Below, one piece after another: positions 47,301-54,544 of a stretch of DNA of 64,000 bases. Within the stretch, counting starts at the first letter, position 1. Each line of letters begins with the position of its first letter. Both the position numbers and the translations under genes were made by a program. The DNA comes from a virus: positions 642 through 64,641 of IMG/VR virus record IMGVR_UViG_3300005836_000029, one strand, 5' to 3'. The notes beneath the pieces are model-generated. The model was not told where the DNA came from. It was given only the letters and a program-made list of their open reading frames with translations, and searched no databases.

Positions 47301-48757
47301 CGTCCTATAACTCGGTCACCCGGGTGTTCCAGGCGGGAGGAGCTACGAATCTGCTTCGGCAGAACTTCGACGGCCCCGCTTTCTGGATCGAGATCGACGA
47401 AGACGGGGACAGCACGTTCATCCTCAACTCGGAGGTCATCGACATCGCCCGGAGCCCGAACGTCATCTCGAGCTTCGCCACCGGGGACTACGTGATCGAA
47501 GCGAACATCTTCGGCTTCGACCGAGGCAGTTTCGCTGTGGATCAAGGGTTCCGCTTGGTCTTGACCCGTGAGGTCTGGCCGCTCGACCCCTCGCAGGCCG
47601 GCAGCGCAACTCCTTCGGACAACTACGGGACAGGAGCCGATGCCGACGTCGCAAGTCCGACACTCGTCGTCCCTGGTCCTGCTCTGTCCTCCGACGAAGT
47701 TGCGATCAACTACAGCCGCACGCCCTACCAAGGAGACGCCTGGGGCAGTCAGACGAACTACCAGGACATCGGCTACACGCCGGGACCCCTTCTCTCGGGA
47801 ACGGCATCGCAAATCGCCAACACGGTCCTGAACGAGCAGGCCCTCACCCGGCCGAACCAGAAGGTGCTGGAGGTGCTCAGCTCGATCGCCTTCACGACGA
47901 CCTTGGGCACGGGACGCGTTGCTGGCGATGTCAACGAGGCATTCCCGATGGACTTCCGGAACATCGGGTACGAGGACCCGTCGTTTTACCCGCCCGCCAC
48001 GGGTATCGACCCTCGTCCTCCCATCAAGCTCGGGGCCCTCATGCCGGGCGAAGGCTCGATGATGACCCTTGGGACGGAGTACCACGGGTGTACGGAACGG
48101 CTTCCCATGGGAGCGCTCTACCGGGACAAGGACTTCCGAGGAGGACTCGTCGGAGGATTCGGCGATCCCGGCTTCGCCATCAACGCCATCGGACCCTTCC
48201 TCATGGTCAAGAACCGTACGACGGGGACCATCGGGGGCGGTGTCGGCGAGGCTCATTCCCTGGAACAGATCCAGATCCCGGTCCACACCGTTTCGATCGC
48301 TTCGGGTCAGCCCGGAGAACTCGTGGTGCACGTGGACGGCGAGCAAGGGAACTACAGCTTGCTCACGAACTTCCGGACGCACCGGGGAGGGTCGGCCTTC
48401 TCCGCAAATTCCCCGAGGCCCGGCGGCGAGATCCACACCAACGTCTTGGTGACGGGGCCTCACCAGGGGGGAGCTCGATCGCTGGGATGCCTCGCCATGC
48501 TGGTGCGGAACACCGTCACAAGCATCGGATCTACGGAGGTGTCGGCCGGCGGCGAGTTGATGCTGCTCATCGTGACGACAGTCACGCAGCTCACGCCCTC
48601 CGGAGCCCTGGCTGTGCTTCTGATCGGTACGAACGGGACCGCCGAAGGGTTCTCTGCGGCGGATCTCTACCGCTGCGAAGGGCGCCCCCTGCTGAAGGAC
48701 AACGTGCGGCCCGACATCGACCCCTCGACGATCGTTCTGTCCCCCAAGATCACCTGA
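44378..48757 (+). CDS. Large baseplate-peripheral / fibre-proximal structural protein (1459 aa), paralogue of 37954..40572
   Basis: WQQGKPPLDSELNLMQQ, RIDFVFLEVW, ETTQRIQLQYRVRV, GDPGLWRAGDG..NALGTVDGYTYAVP, RPDGLFADQI. Internal insert of a spike-like beta module (TLAADITSTAVSLTL...IQIGDEILTY). Confidence 0.65.
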   Translation: MSSSFGSGASRVLNPDQGALVQVVWQQGKPPLDSELNLMQQLDDDWRRIMVLRGVPSGFLGNATNNQESFLTDLDWSNWFKFGQQRSGAKRSIEWAVVNGWLVPVTGTLTGFPPGSPNDTDTWNRITLDPPPANSGDTRIDFVFLEVWLARTPPNPSATNKPSASGLYRYGNVEGGYSFLSDDLQDPAIGFETTQRIQLQYRVRVVSGLIGLASYPDGFDPTIVKARGAATTNTSYVFTNMRNELGDPGLWRAGDGTQNALGTVDGYTYAVPICAVFRRNSVAWNGDPSQNLNGSFNRNPTAIDRTGYKTFSTTPTLAADITSTAVSLTLTSVSNIPLPLTPATAVYIQIGDEILTYSVITGTTMTITSRGALGSKAESHKAGDEVRVLSGRPDGLFADQIAKTDILDLRHAINPNGFDYDTLLQANLNKLLRGELRANWKRAGGGPQGSFVFYQDKISSSPASLGVTKLDAPDNIRLVFSDAAMIQPIEMILTPPVGVGPTQTIATTWGLSLSATDNSVLAGSFQAGDVLSIPIAQFKNGIAGSDGDQIRFIGSDDVTGTPNVVVLMRVDGDSFFLYEGVHYSVTAAPTPTTDLQITLLSSAVTPWPTTRRLYVTVHVLYGPGRGMSRRPDAVHSVSFLSSGADIMTQLSGIPADNIPQRVGWAPLWTKFRSLSPAAMEDLPGLTHLLPVTAESYVDPGSKTVILTPFRRLDMPDVTRTLNGASVNVNQPSVVSSTTGSSVGSQVLTDGSQNFTTAGVVAGNVVVISSATDPSAAGAYIVQTVGTTTLNVDRNIPTSAAVTYSIHVAQGLMPLNDIQGVAKWTTTDPLNLFRGTTYGDAARKNIFIPVPRQLVPGWGEVRVPILHTDTATFDEGINFLVLSKKGGLPKPNPERNYVPYSNGSLTYAPFSTADLNTLTPATYNTAFTFGGNSFAGMRFFTDTRGFGRTGLELPPFYGIARLFAVYEAADYKLNGSSYNSVTRVFQAGGATNLLRQNFDGPAFWIEIDEDGDSTFILNSEVIDIARSPNVISSFATGDYVIEANIFGFDRGSFAVDQGFRLVLTREVWPLDPSQAGSATPSDNYGTGADADVASPTLVVPGPALSSDEVAINYSRTPYQGDAWGSQTNYQDIGYTPGPLLSGTASQIANTVLNEQALTRPNQKVLEVLSSIAFTTTLGTGRVAGDVNEAFPMDFRNIGYEDPSFYPPATGIDPRPPIKLGALMPGEGSMMTLGTEYHGCTERLPMGALYRDKDFRGGLVGGFGDPGFAINAIGPFLMVKNRTTGTIGGGVGEAHSLEQIQIPVHTVSIASGQPGELVVHVDGEQGNYSLLTNFRTHRGGSAFSANSPRPGGEIHTNVLVTGPHQGGARSLGCLAMLVRNTVTSIGSTEVSAGGELMLLIVTTVTQLTPSGALAVLLIGTNGTAEGFSAADLYRCEGRPLLKDNVRPDIDPSTIVLSPKIT

Positions 48758-48760
48758 GCC

Positions 48761-49009
48761 ATGGCAATCCGACACGTGAGCATCAAGGACTTCTCACCCG
48801 AACAACGCCGCGCATTTGGTGAGGCAAGGATTCGAGAGCTTCGACGAAGCCTTGCCTTGCCCCTCACCGACGAAGCTCGGAAGAAGATCGAAGATCAAAT
48901 CGCCTCGGCGATCTCGATGATGCAGGCTCCCGGGACCCCGAGCCAAGGAACCCCGAGCCAAGATCATCAGGTTGTTTTGCGAGAGAACCTGACGATCAAG
49001 CAGCGCTAG
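48761..49009 (+). CDS. Hypothetical small charged helical protein (82 aa), possible fibre assembly chaperone
   Basis: ATG 3 nt after the upstream stop. Charged helical sequence. Confidence 0.55.
   Translation: MAIRHVSIKDFSPEQRRAFGEARIRELRRSLALPLTDEARKKIEDQIASAISMMQAPGTPSQGTPSQDHQVVLRENLTIKQR
48932..48961 (+). repeat. Two tandem 15-bp units (gggaccccgagccaa / ggaaccccgagccaa) encoding GTPSQ GTPSQ
   Basis: Read directly from the sequence; one mismatch between the units. Confidence 0.8.
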
Positions 49010-49014
49010 TCAGG

Positions 49015-49026
49015 GTTTCTCTTATT
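49015..49026 (+). promoter_or_regulatory. Candidate late-promoter-like motif gtttctcttat(t) upstream of the holin-like gene
   Basis: Same 11-mer as 37249..37259. Confidence 0.4.
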
Positions 49027-49031
49027 GGAGT

Positions 49032-49047
49032 GGCCTCTTAGGAGGCC
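49032..49047 (+). promoter_or_regulatory. RNA hairpin (ggcctc-ttag-gaggcc) sequestering the SD of the holin-like gene
   Basis: Perfect 6-bp GC-rich stem. The SD aggagg (49040..49045) lies in the loop and 3' arm; ATG at 49053. Confidence 0.55.
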
Positions 49048-49052
49048 CTTCA

Positions 49053-49556
49053 ATGGACGAGGTTGTCAGCCAACTCCTCACCTATCAAACCTGCATCCTG
49101 ATGCTCGCAGTGACCATCGGGACCTGGTTCATCCGCAAATCGGTGGAGACGTTGGCTCCGGCCGTGAAGAAGGCGGCCGACGAGATGGCTCCGGCTCCGA
49201 CGTACGTCACCCACCTGGCTGCCTGGTGGAACGAAGTCGGGCTGCATCTCATCCCGGTGCTTCTCGGTGTCGCCCTCGTCTTCGGGGTCAAGGAACTGAC
49301 GCCCATGAAGCTCACATCCACGGGAGGGGTCACTCTCTACGGTGGCATCTGTGGCTGGTTCTCGTCGACGGGCTACAAGATTTTCCGCCGGACCCTCAAG
49401 ACCAAGACGGGGGTCGAGCTCCCGAACGTGGAAGGTGATGATCCCGCCTCGGTGAAGCCTGTGGTCGAGGACAAGAAGGCCCCCGAGCCGCCTGCTCCCG
49501 AACCCCCGAAGGACGTGCCGCCTGCCACGGAGCCCCCGAAGGATCCGCCCGCGTGA
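49053..49556 (+). CDS. Holin-like membrane protein (about 3 TM segments, Pro/Glu/Lys-rich C-terminal tail)
   Basis: Hydrophobic segments CILMLAVTIGTWFI, LHLIPVLLGVALVFGV, GGVTLYGGICGWFS. Charged C-terminal tail. First gene after the tail cluster. Confidence 0.6.
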   Translation: MDEVVSQLLTYQTCILMLAVTIGTWFIRKSVETLAPAVKKAADEMAPAPTYVTHLAAWWNEVGLHLIPVLLGVALVFGVKELTPMKLTSTGGVTLYGGICGWFSSTGYKIFRRTLKTKTGVELPNVEGDDPASVKPVVEDKKAPEPPAPEPPKDVPPATEPPKDPPA

Positions 49557-50080
49557 GCGACGAGCAGCCTACCTTCTGGCAGTCCGCCTGGGACTGGATC
49601 AAGCGGGTGGTGAGGGCGATTGCCGCACCCCTGCCGGCGATTCTCCTCGTTGTTGGAGCGATCCTTCTCATCGCTCTCGGCGTGAAGAACGTCCAGATCG
49701 GGGGGTTGCTCGCGAAGCTCTTCGGCAAGGAGAACAAGGACGGCTCGAAGGCCATCGATGTGGCCAACAGCATCCCCGACGGCCGGGTCGACAAGGACGG
49801 CAACCTCATCCCGATCGGAACGCCAGACTCTCAAGGGGTCACTCAGGCGAAGGTCGTCCCGATTCAGGATTCTGGGCTCTTCGATGACCCGAGCGTGGTC
49901 AAGGTCGTGCCCCCTGGACAGACCGAGCCCGTCGTGGTGAAGCTCCCGGACGGTGTGAAGGCTAAGGACGTGGACAAAGTGATCATCGTGAAGCCGGAGG
50001 TCTACGCGGTCACGGTGAAGGACAGCTCGAAGGTGAGCTCGAAGGACGTGGACGACCTTCTCGCCAAATACGGGAGTTGA
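49553..50080 (+). CDS. Single-pass membrane protein (i-spanin-like topology)
   Basis: N-terminal TM IAAPLPAILLVVGAILLIALGV followed by a hydrophilic beta-rich domain. Start overlaps the holin stop (GTGA). Confidence 0.5.
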   Translation: MSDEQPTFWQSAWDWIKRVVRAIAAPLPAILLVVGAILLIALGVKNVQIGGLLAKLFGKENKDGSKAIDVANSIPDGRVDKDGNLIPIGTPDSQGVTQAKVVPIQDSGLFDDPSVVKVVPPGQTEPVVVKLPDGVKAKDVDKVIIVKPEVYAVTVKDSSKVSSKDVDDLLAKYGS

Positions 50081-50081
50081 C

Positions 50082-51239
50082 GTGAAGACGCACGAACGAG
50101 TTGCCGCTCGCTACCGCCTTCTGCTCGCCATGAGCCTCGAAGAGGCGAAGGCTGTCCTCGGGTTTCCCCCTGGTTCGAGCCCGAGCGAGAACGAGGTCGA
50201 GAAGGCCCGGCGGCAGAAGGCCATCGAGAACCATCCGGACCGAGGCGGAGACCCGGACAAGATGGTCGAGGTCAACGTCGCCGCAGACGTCCTCGTGGGC
50301 AAACAACGGCCGACAGGAAGCCCGAGGCCCTACTCGAGGCCCGAGCCCCAAGGCACGCCGCCTCCCCCCGGAGGATGGTCGTACGAGCCCCCTCCGAAGC
50401 AGAAGGATGTCGAGGTCACCTTCGAGGAGGCCAAGAGCAAGGCGGGCATCCCGAGTGGCGTCAATTGGTGGTTCGTCACCGAGTCCCACAGCAGCGGCTA
50501 CAGCGGGGACGAGTCCACACGACGGGCAACAGGCTACGTCGTCGTCGGAGAAACCGAGAACGCCTGGGTCTTCGTGACCGTCGAGCACTTCTTCTCGGCG
50601 TACTACTACGTGGGGGGCGGACCGAAGTACGACACCTACCACATGGAGGTCATGAAGCTCCCGAAGCGGGGGAAGCCGGAGCCGGCCTTCCTCTACGGCG
50701 GCGTCATGAAGGCGTGGAAGAACTTCGAGTTCCTCGAGAAGAAGTTCAACTCGAAGATCAAGCCTCTGCCCGAGAGCTGGGTCTTCAGCGAGCGTTTCCC
50801 CTCATCCGGGTCCAGCACGACCATCAAGAAGCTCCTCGCCGACAAGGGCCTGCTTAGCGAGGAGCAGGCGGCGACCATCAAGACCTCGGTCGAGATGGAG
50901 CTCGAGACCTCGCTGGGCGAGAAGCCTGGGTTCGTTCCCGAGCCGACTGCACCCGGCCGTGAGCCCCGGGACTGGTACAAGATCACGCTCTGGATCAACG
51001 GTCGACCCCTCGTGCTTTCGCCCCAGGACACGAGGAAGTTCTTCACGGTCACGAACTACGGGGCCACCAGCAAGATCCTCACCGTGGTGTTCGGGACCTA
51101 CTGGCGTCACGGGGGCAAGAAGACCCTGACTCGGCTGCGGAAGGGCAAAGAGCTCCTCACCTTGATGGGCGAGAAGCTTGGGGACCTGCCGCCCGGAGCC
51201 AAGGATGCTCTCCTCGCAACCGCCGCTCGGCTCAAGTGA
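50082..51239 (+). CDS. J-domain (DnaJ-type) protein with unknown C-terminal domains
   Basis: SLEEAKAVLG...EVEKARRQKAIENHPDRGGDPDKMVEVNVAADVL is a J-domain with an intact HPD motif (50232..50240). Confidence 0.85.
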   Translation: MKTHERVAARYRLLLAMSLEEAKAVLGFPPGSSPSENEVEKARRQKAIENHPDRGGDPDKMVEVNVAADVLVGKQRPTGSPRPYSRPEPQGTPPPPGGWSYEPPPKQKDVEVTFEEAKSKAGIPSGVNWWFVTESHSSGYSGDESTRRATGYVVVGETENAWVFVTVEHFFSAYYYVGGGPKYDTYHMEVMKLPKRGKPEPAFLYGGVMKAWKNFEFLEKKFNSKIKPLPESWVFSERFPSSGSSTTIKKLLADKGLLSEEQAATIKTSVEMELETSLGEKPGFVPEPTAPGREPRDWYKITLWINGRPLVLSPQDTRKFFTVTNYGATSKILTVVFGTYWRHGGKKTLTRLRKGKELLTLMGEKLGDLPPGAKDALLATAARLK

Positions 51240-51856
51240 TGCGCTGGACCCTGATCTTCGGCCTGCCCCTTTTCCTCTGGGCCTCTTCGAGCTTGGCCGA
51301 GGAATGCAAAGGAACCTGCGTCCCCAAAGGGGACATGGCCAAGATCACGGAGATCCTGAAGGAGAAGAAGTGCCTTCAGACGACCAAGCCGACCTTCGAG
51401 CTTGACCCGATCAACATCGTCGTCGACAAGGACGGCCGGGTCTTCTACTCAGGAGCGGCACCGAACCCCTACACGCTTCGGATGAAGTGGTGCAACTACG
51501 AGGCGGAGGCACAGGGGAAGGTGAACCTCGTCGCAGCCATGCGAGAGCCCTCGATGTGGGGGTTCCGATTCAGGCCCAAGGCGTACATCAGCCTCTTGCC
51601 CTTCGAGGCTTTCAACGTTGCCTCCGAGAAGGAGACCCTCTCCTTCGGGGATTCCTGGGATGCCGGGGCCATGGTCGATTTCTTCCACTACGACTGGGCC
51701 AACCTGAACGTCGCCGTCGGGTTCCGGAGCTTCGGGGGTGGCCTCGGAGCCGACCTCACCCAGAATTTCGGCATCTATGCCGGGTACGCCACTACGTGGG
51801 GAACGTGGCACCACAACCTGAACCTTGGAGTCTGGTTCTCGTTCTGGAATCCGTGA
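51236..51856 (+). CDS. Secreted protein with signal peptide and C-terminal amphipathic beta-strands (outer-membrane protein candidate)
   Basis: Signal peptide MRWTLIFGLPLFLWASSSLA-EE with no lipobox. Four Cys. About six alternating-pattern strands ending NLNLGVWFSFWNP. Confidence 0.55.
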   Translation: MMRWTLIFGLPLFLWASSSLAEECKGTCVPKGDMAKITEILKEKKCLQTTKPTFELDPINIVVDKDGRVFYSGAAPNPYTLRMKWCNYEAEAQGKVNLVAAMREPSMWGFRFRPKAYISLLPFEAFNVASEKETLSFGDSWDAGAMVDFFHYDWANLNVAVGFRSFGGGLGADLTQNFGIYAGYATTWGTWHHNLNLGVWFSFWNP

Positions 51857-51875
51857 GCCGACGCCTGCGAAGAAT

Positions 51876-51881
51876 GGTGTA
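51876..51881 (+). promoter_or_regulatory. GGTGTA motif (candidate early/middle promoter element) upstream of the SNF2 gene
   Basis: gaagaatggtgtaagct lies 11 nt before ATG 51893, which has no SD. The motif recurs before other replication-module genes. Confidence 0.35.
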
Positions 51882-51892
51882 AGCTGGGCGGC

Positions 51893-53677
51893 ATGCCGAC
51901 CCGTAAGCCTCTGTCTGAGGCCCAAAAGAAGACCTACGCCAAGTTGAAGGAGGTCCGTGCTTCGACCACGGTCTCCCTCAAACCTACACCGCTTCTACGG
52001 AATCGGATCGTAGGTCTCGACGGAGAGGAACAGGACTTCGCCCTTCGCTACTATCAGGTCCAGGGCGTATTCCACATGCTCGCCTTGAACCGGATGGTCC
52101 TGGGCGACGACACGGGTCTGGGCAAGACCCTCGAGTCGATTGCGGCGCTCTGTTACCTGTGGGCCAAGGAACCCAACAACAGGGTCATCGTAGTTGCCCC
52201 GAAGAGCGCCATCCGGCAGTGGGCCTCCGAGATTCAGCGATTCTCTACAGGCTTGAAGGTCTTCCTGGCGAACGACGGGGTAGCCTTGAAAGGCGAATCG
52301 CCTGTCGATGGTCGGCGTAGGGTCTATGAGGCGTGGCTCAAGACACCTGCCTCGGAGCGGCCGGTCCTCATCTTGAACTACGCCTTGCTCGTTCGAGACT
52401 GGCATCACGGGGGATTCCAGCCGCCGAAGAAGGGCGGCAAGCTTTCGAAGGAGCCCGTAAGGCCAGGACTGCTCGACGGGATTATGCAGAGGGTCGGCCC
52501 GCAAGACCTCGTGGTCATCTTCGACGAGGCCACGGCCTTCAAGACACAGCGGACCAAGACGTGGGAGGTCGCCCAGTTTCTCTCGGCTATGTCTCGGCGG
52601 GTCTACGGGCTTACGGCGACCCTCCTCAAGAACCACCTGATGGAGGGGTACTGCATCTACAAGGTGGTCAAGCCCGACCTTTTCGGGACCAAGACGAAGT
52701 TCCTCGAAGACTACTGCGTCGTCCAGCATCAGATCGTCGGGCGCAAGCGCATCCCCATCGTGGTCAACTACAGGAACCTGGACGACTTCCGGGAGGTGAT
52801 CGACCCCTTCTTTCTGGGCAGGAAGAAGCACATGGTTGCAAAGGAGCTCCCGACCCTGACGACACGCGAGGTGTCCTTCGAGCTCAGTCCGGCGGAGGAT
52901 GCAAAGTACGCCGAGGCTCTCAGCGGCGTCCTGGAACTAGGCGACGGCGAGGTCCGTGAGTTCGAAGAAACCAGGGCCCTCACGAGCTTGATCTACTGCC
53001 AGCAGGTCGTGAACTCCCTCGCGATGCTTCGCTTCAAGGAGGGCTCCGAGGTCAGTTCTTTCTCCGTCGACCTCGAGACTCTGGAGCGCAAGACCCACAA
53101 GATCGAGGCTCTCAGCACGAAGGAACAGGCTCTCGTCGACCTCCTCACCGGGGAGCTCGATGGCGAGAAGGTCATCGTCTACACCCGCTTCGAGAGTATC
53201 GTCGGGCGTCTCCGGGAGATCCTGAGCCGTGAAGGGATCCTCAGTGTCCGCATCACGGGCAAGGAGAACGACAAGGCTCGGGCGGAGGCCCAGGCGGCCT
53301 TCCAAGACCTCAAAGGAGAGACCAAGGTCATCTTCATCACGGCCGCCGGAAGCGAAGCCATCAACCTTCAGGCAGCGATGGCGATGGTCTTCTTCGACGC
53401 CCCGTGGTCGTACGGGGAGCTCCTTCAGCTTCTCGGTCGCATGATCCGGATCGGGTCGCCGAACGAGCGGGTCCTCGCCTTCCATCTCCTTGCCGAGCGC
53501 CCTGGCGTCCGCAAGGACCGCAAGACCATCGACCATCACGTGCTCACGCTTCTGCGTCGGAAGAAGGGCTTGATCGACAAGGTGCTCGGGGAGGCCGCCC
53601 TCGGGGCGCTCAAGTTCGAAAAGGCGCCCACGAAGCTCCAGGACCTCGTGAAATTGATGCAGTCGGAAGCGGTGTAG
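51893..53677 (+). CDS. SNF2/SWI2-family (SF2) helicase-like ATPase
   Basis: LGDDTGLGKT (motif I), VVAPKSAIRQWASEI (Ia), VIFDEAT (II), GLTATLLKNHL (III), KVIVYTRF (IV), AGSEAINLQAA (V), QLLGRMIRIG (VI). Confidence 0.9.
   Translation: MPTRKPLSEAQKKTYAKLKEVRASTTVSLKPTPLLRNRIVGLDGEEQDFALRYYQVQGVFHMLALNRMVLGDDTGLGKTLESIAALCYLWAKEPNNRVIVVAPKSAIRQWASEIQRFSTGLKVFLANDGVALKGESPVDGRRRVYEAWLKTPASERPVLILNYALLVRDWHHGGFQPPKKGGKLSKEPVRPGLLDGIMQRVGPQDLVVIFDEATAFKTQRTKTWEVAQFLSAMSRRVYGLTATLLKNHLMEGYCIYKVVKPDLFGTKTKFLEDYCVVQHQIVGRKRIPIVVNYRNLDDFREVIDPFFLGRKKHMVAKELPTLTTREVSFELSPAEDAKYAEALSGVLELGDGEVREFEETRALTSLIYCQQVVNSLAMLRFKEGSEVSSFSVDLETLERKTHKIEALSTKEQALVDLLTGELDGEKVIVYTRFESIVGRLREILSREGILSVRITGKENDKARAEAQAAFQDLKGETKVIFITAAGSEAINLQAAMAMVFFDAPWSYGELLQLLGRMIRIGSPNERVLAFHLLAERPGVRKDRKTIDHHVLTLLRRKKGLIDKVLGEAALGALKFEKAPTKLQDLVKLMQSEAV
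53666..53677 (+). promoter_or_regulatory. gaagcggtgtag motif (identical to 61280..61291)
   Basis: Exact 12-nt match between two gene-upstream positions. This copy overlaps the SNF2 stop codon. Confidence 0.35.
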
Positions 53678-53686
53678 GAGGGGGAT

Positions 53687-54544
53687 GTGAGCGAACCTCC
53701 GATCTGCGCCAAATGCGGCAAAGCGCCCGTCGAGGGCTGCGAGGGCCGTGGCTACGTGCCCATCGGAGACGACGACAACACCGTCCAGACGTGTGTCAAC
53801 ATCTACCGGAAGCAGCTCGCCGCCCACCTGGGCCCCGAGTTCCAGGGCGTTCCGCACACGAGCAAGACGCCCCTGATCAAGCTCAATCCGTCCGGAGGGC
53901 CGCCTCTGGTCGATCTCACGAGCAAGAACCTCATGATCCACTGCACGTGGGCAGGGTTCAAGCCGCACCTGAAGTACGCTCTAGCCGTGAAGGGGCTCAA
54001 CTTCTACTGGCGGATCATCACGGACGAGCGCATCCGCAACGTGTTCGTCGGCTCCGAGTCCTACAAGGCCAGGTCGCTCAAGGATCGGGAGGCCGTCAGC
54101 ACCTACAACAATCTCTCGCAGTTCGCGGGTGCCGACTGGGAACTCGTCATCATCAAGCTCGGCTACCTCGGCTACCAAAATCGGGCAGCAGCCGGGGCCT
54201 TGAAGGAGGTCTTGCTTCATCGGGCCTCCCTCAACAAGGCCACATGGATTCTCCAAGATTCGAGCAAGAGCCGGGAGTGGATCCATTCCCGGAACGATGA
54301 CGTGGAGGAGTACATCCGCGAGTACTACCGCGACATCCAAATCGAAGCGGCGCCGACGGATTACGAGGACCCCGAGCCCGAAGAGGAGGATGTCGGAATC
54401 GTCGTCGACGACGACGAGCCCCCGAGTGACCCGGAGAAGTACATCGTCGAAGAAGAACCCGCTGAGACCGTTCCGACGCAGGAAGAAGGGCTACACATGC
54501 CGTGGGATGATGCAACCCCGAGCCGAAAAAAGAGGCGGTGGTGA
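53687..54544 (+). CDS. Degenerate DnaC/DnaI-like helicase loader with N-terminal Cys cluster
   Basis: CAKC...C...C zinc-binding N-terminus. ELVIIKLGYLG and ALKEVLLHRASLNKATWIL align with DnaC/IstB LLIIDDLG and LFEIINxRY..KPTII. Located directly before the DnaB-like gene. Walker motifs are not intact. Confidence 0.5.
   Translation: MSEPPICAKCGKAPVEGCEGRGYVPIGDDDNTVQTCVNIYRKQLAAHLGPEFQGVPHTSKTPLIKLNPSGGPPLVDLTSKNLMIHCTWAGFKPHLKYALAVKGLNFYWRIITDERIRNVFVGSESYKARSLKDREAVSTYNNLSQFAGADWELVIIKLGYLGYQNRAAAGALKEVLLHRASLNKATWILQDSSKSREWIHSRNDDVEEYIREYYRDIQIEAAPTDYEDPEPEEEDVGIVVDDDEPPSDPEKYIVEEEPAETVPTQEEGLHMPWDDATPSRKKRRW

Noticed and set aside
37954-48757. Diversity-generating retroelement acting on fibre tips
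   Set aside because: No reverse transcriptase and no near-identical ~100-bp TR/VR pair differing at adenines was seen; fibre paralogues are similar only at protein level.
48932-48961. 15-bp tandem duplication as a regulatory or phase-variable element
   Set aside because: Only two imperfect in-frame units in a low-complexity linker; most simply a local duplication.
1-49009. Interpretation as a bacterial extracellular contractile injection system or tailocin
   Set aside because: A long tape measure protein, multiple fibres, and co-oriented lysis and DNA replication genes with no host genes indicate a genuine phage genome segment.
51236-51320. Calling the 51236 product an o-spanin lipoprotein
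   Set aside because: The first Cys follows LAEE, not a lipobox (L-A/S-A/G-C), and the protein is much longer and more beta-rich than typical o-spanins.
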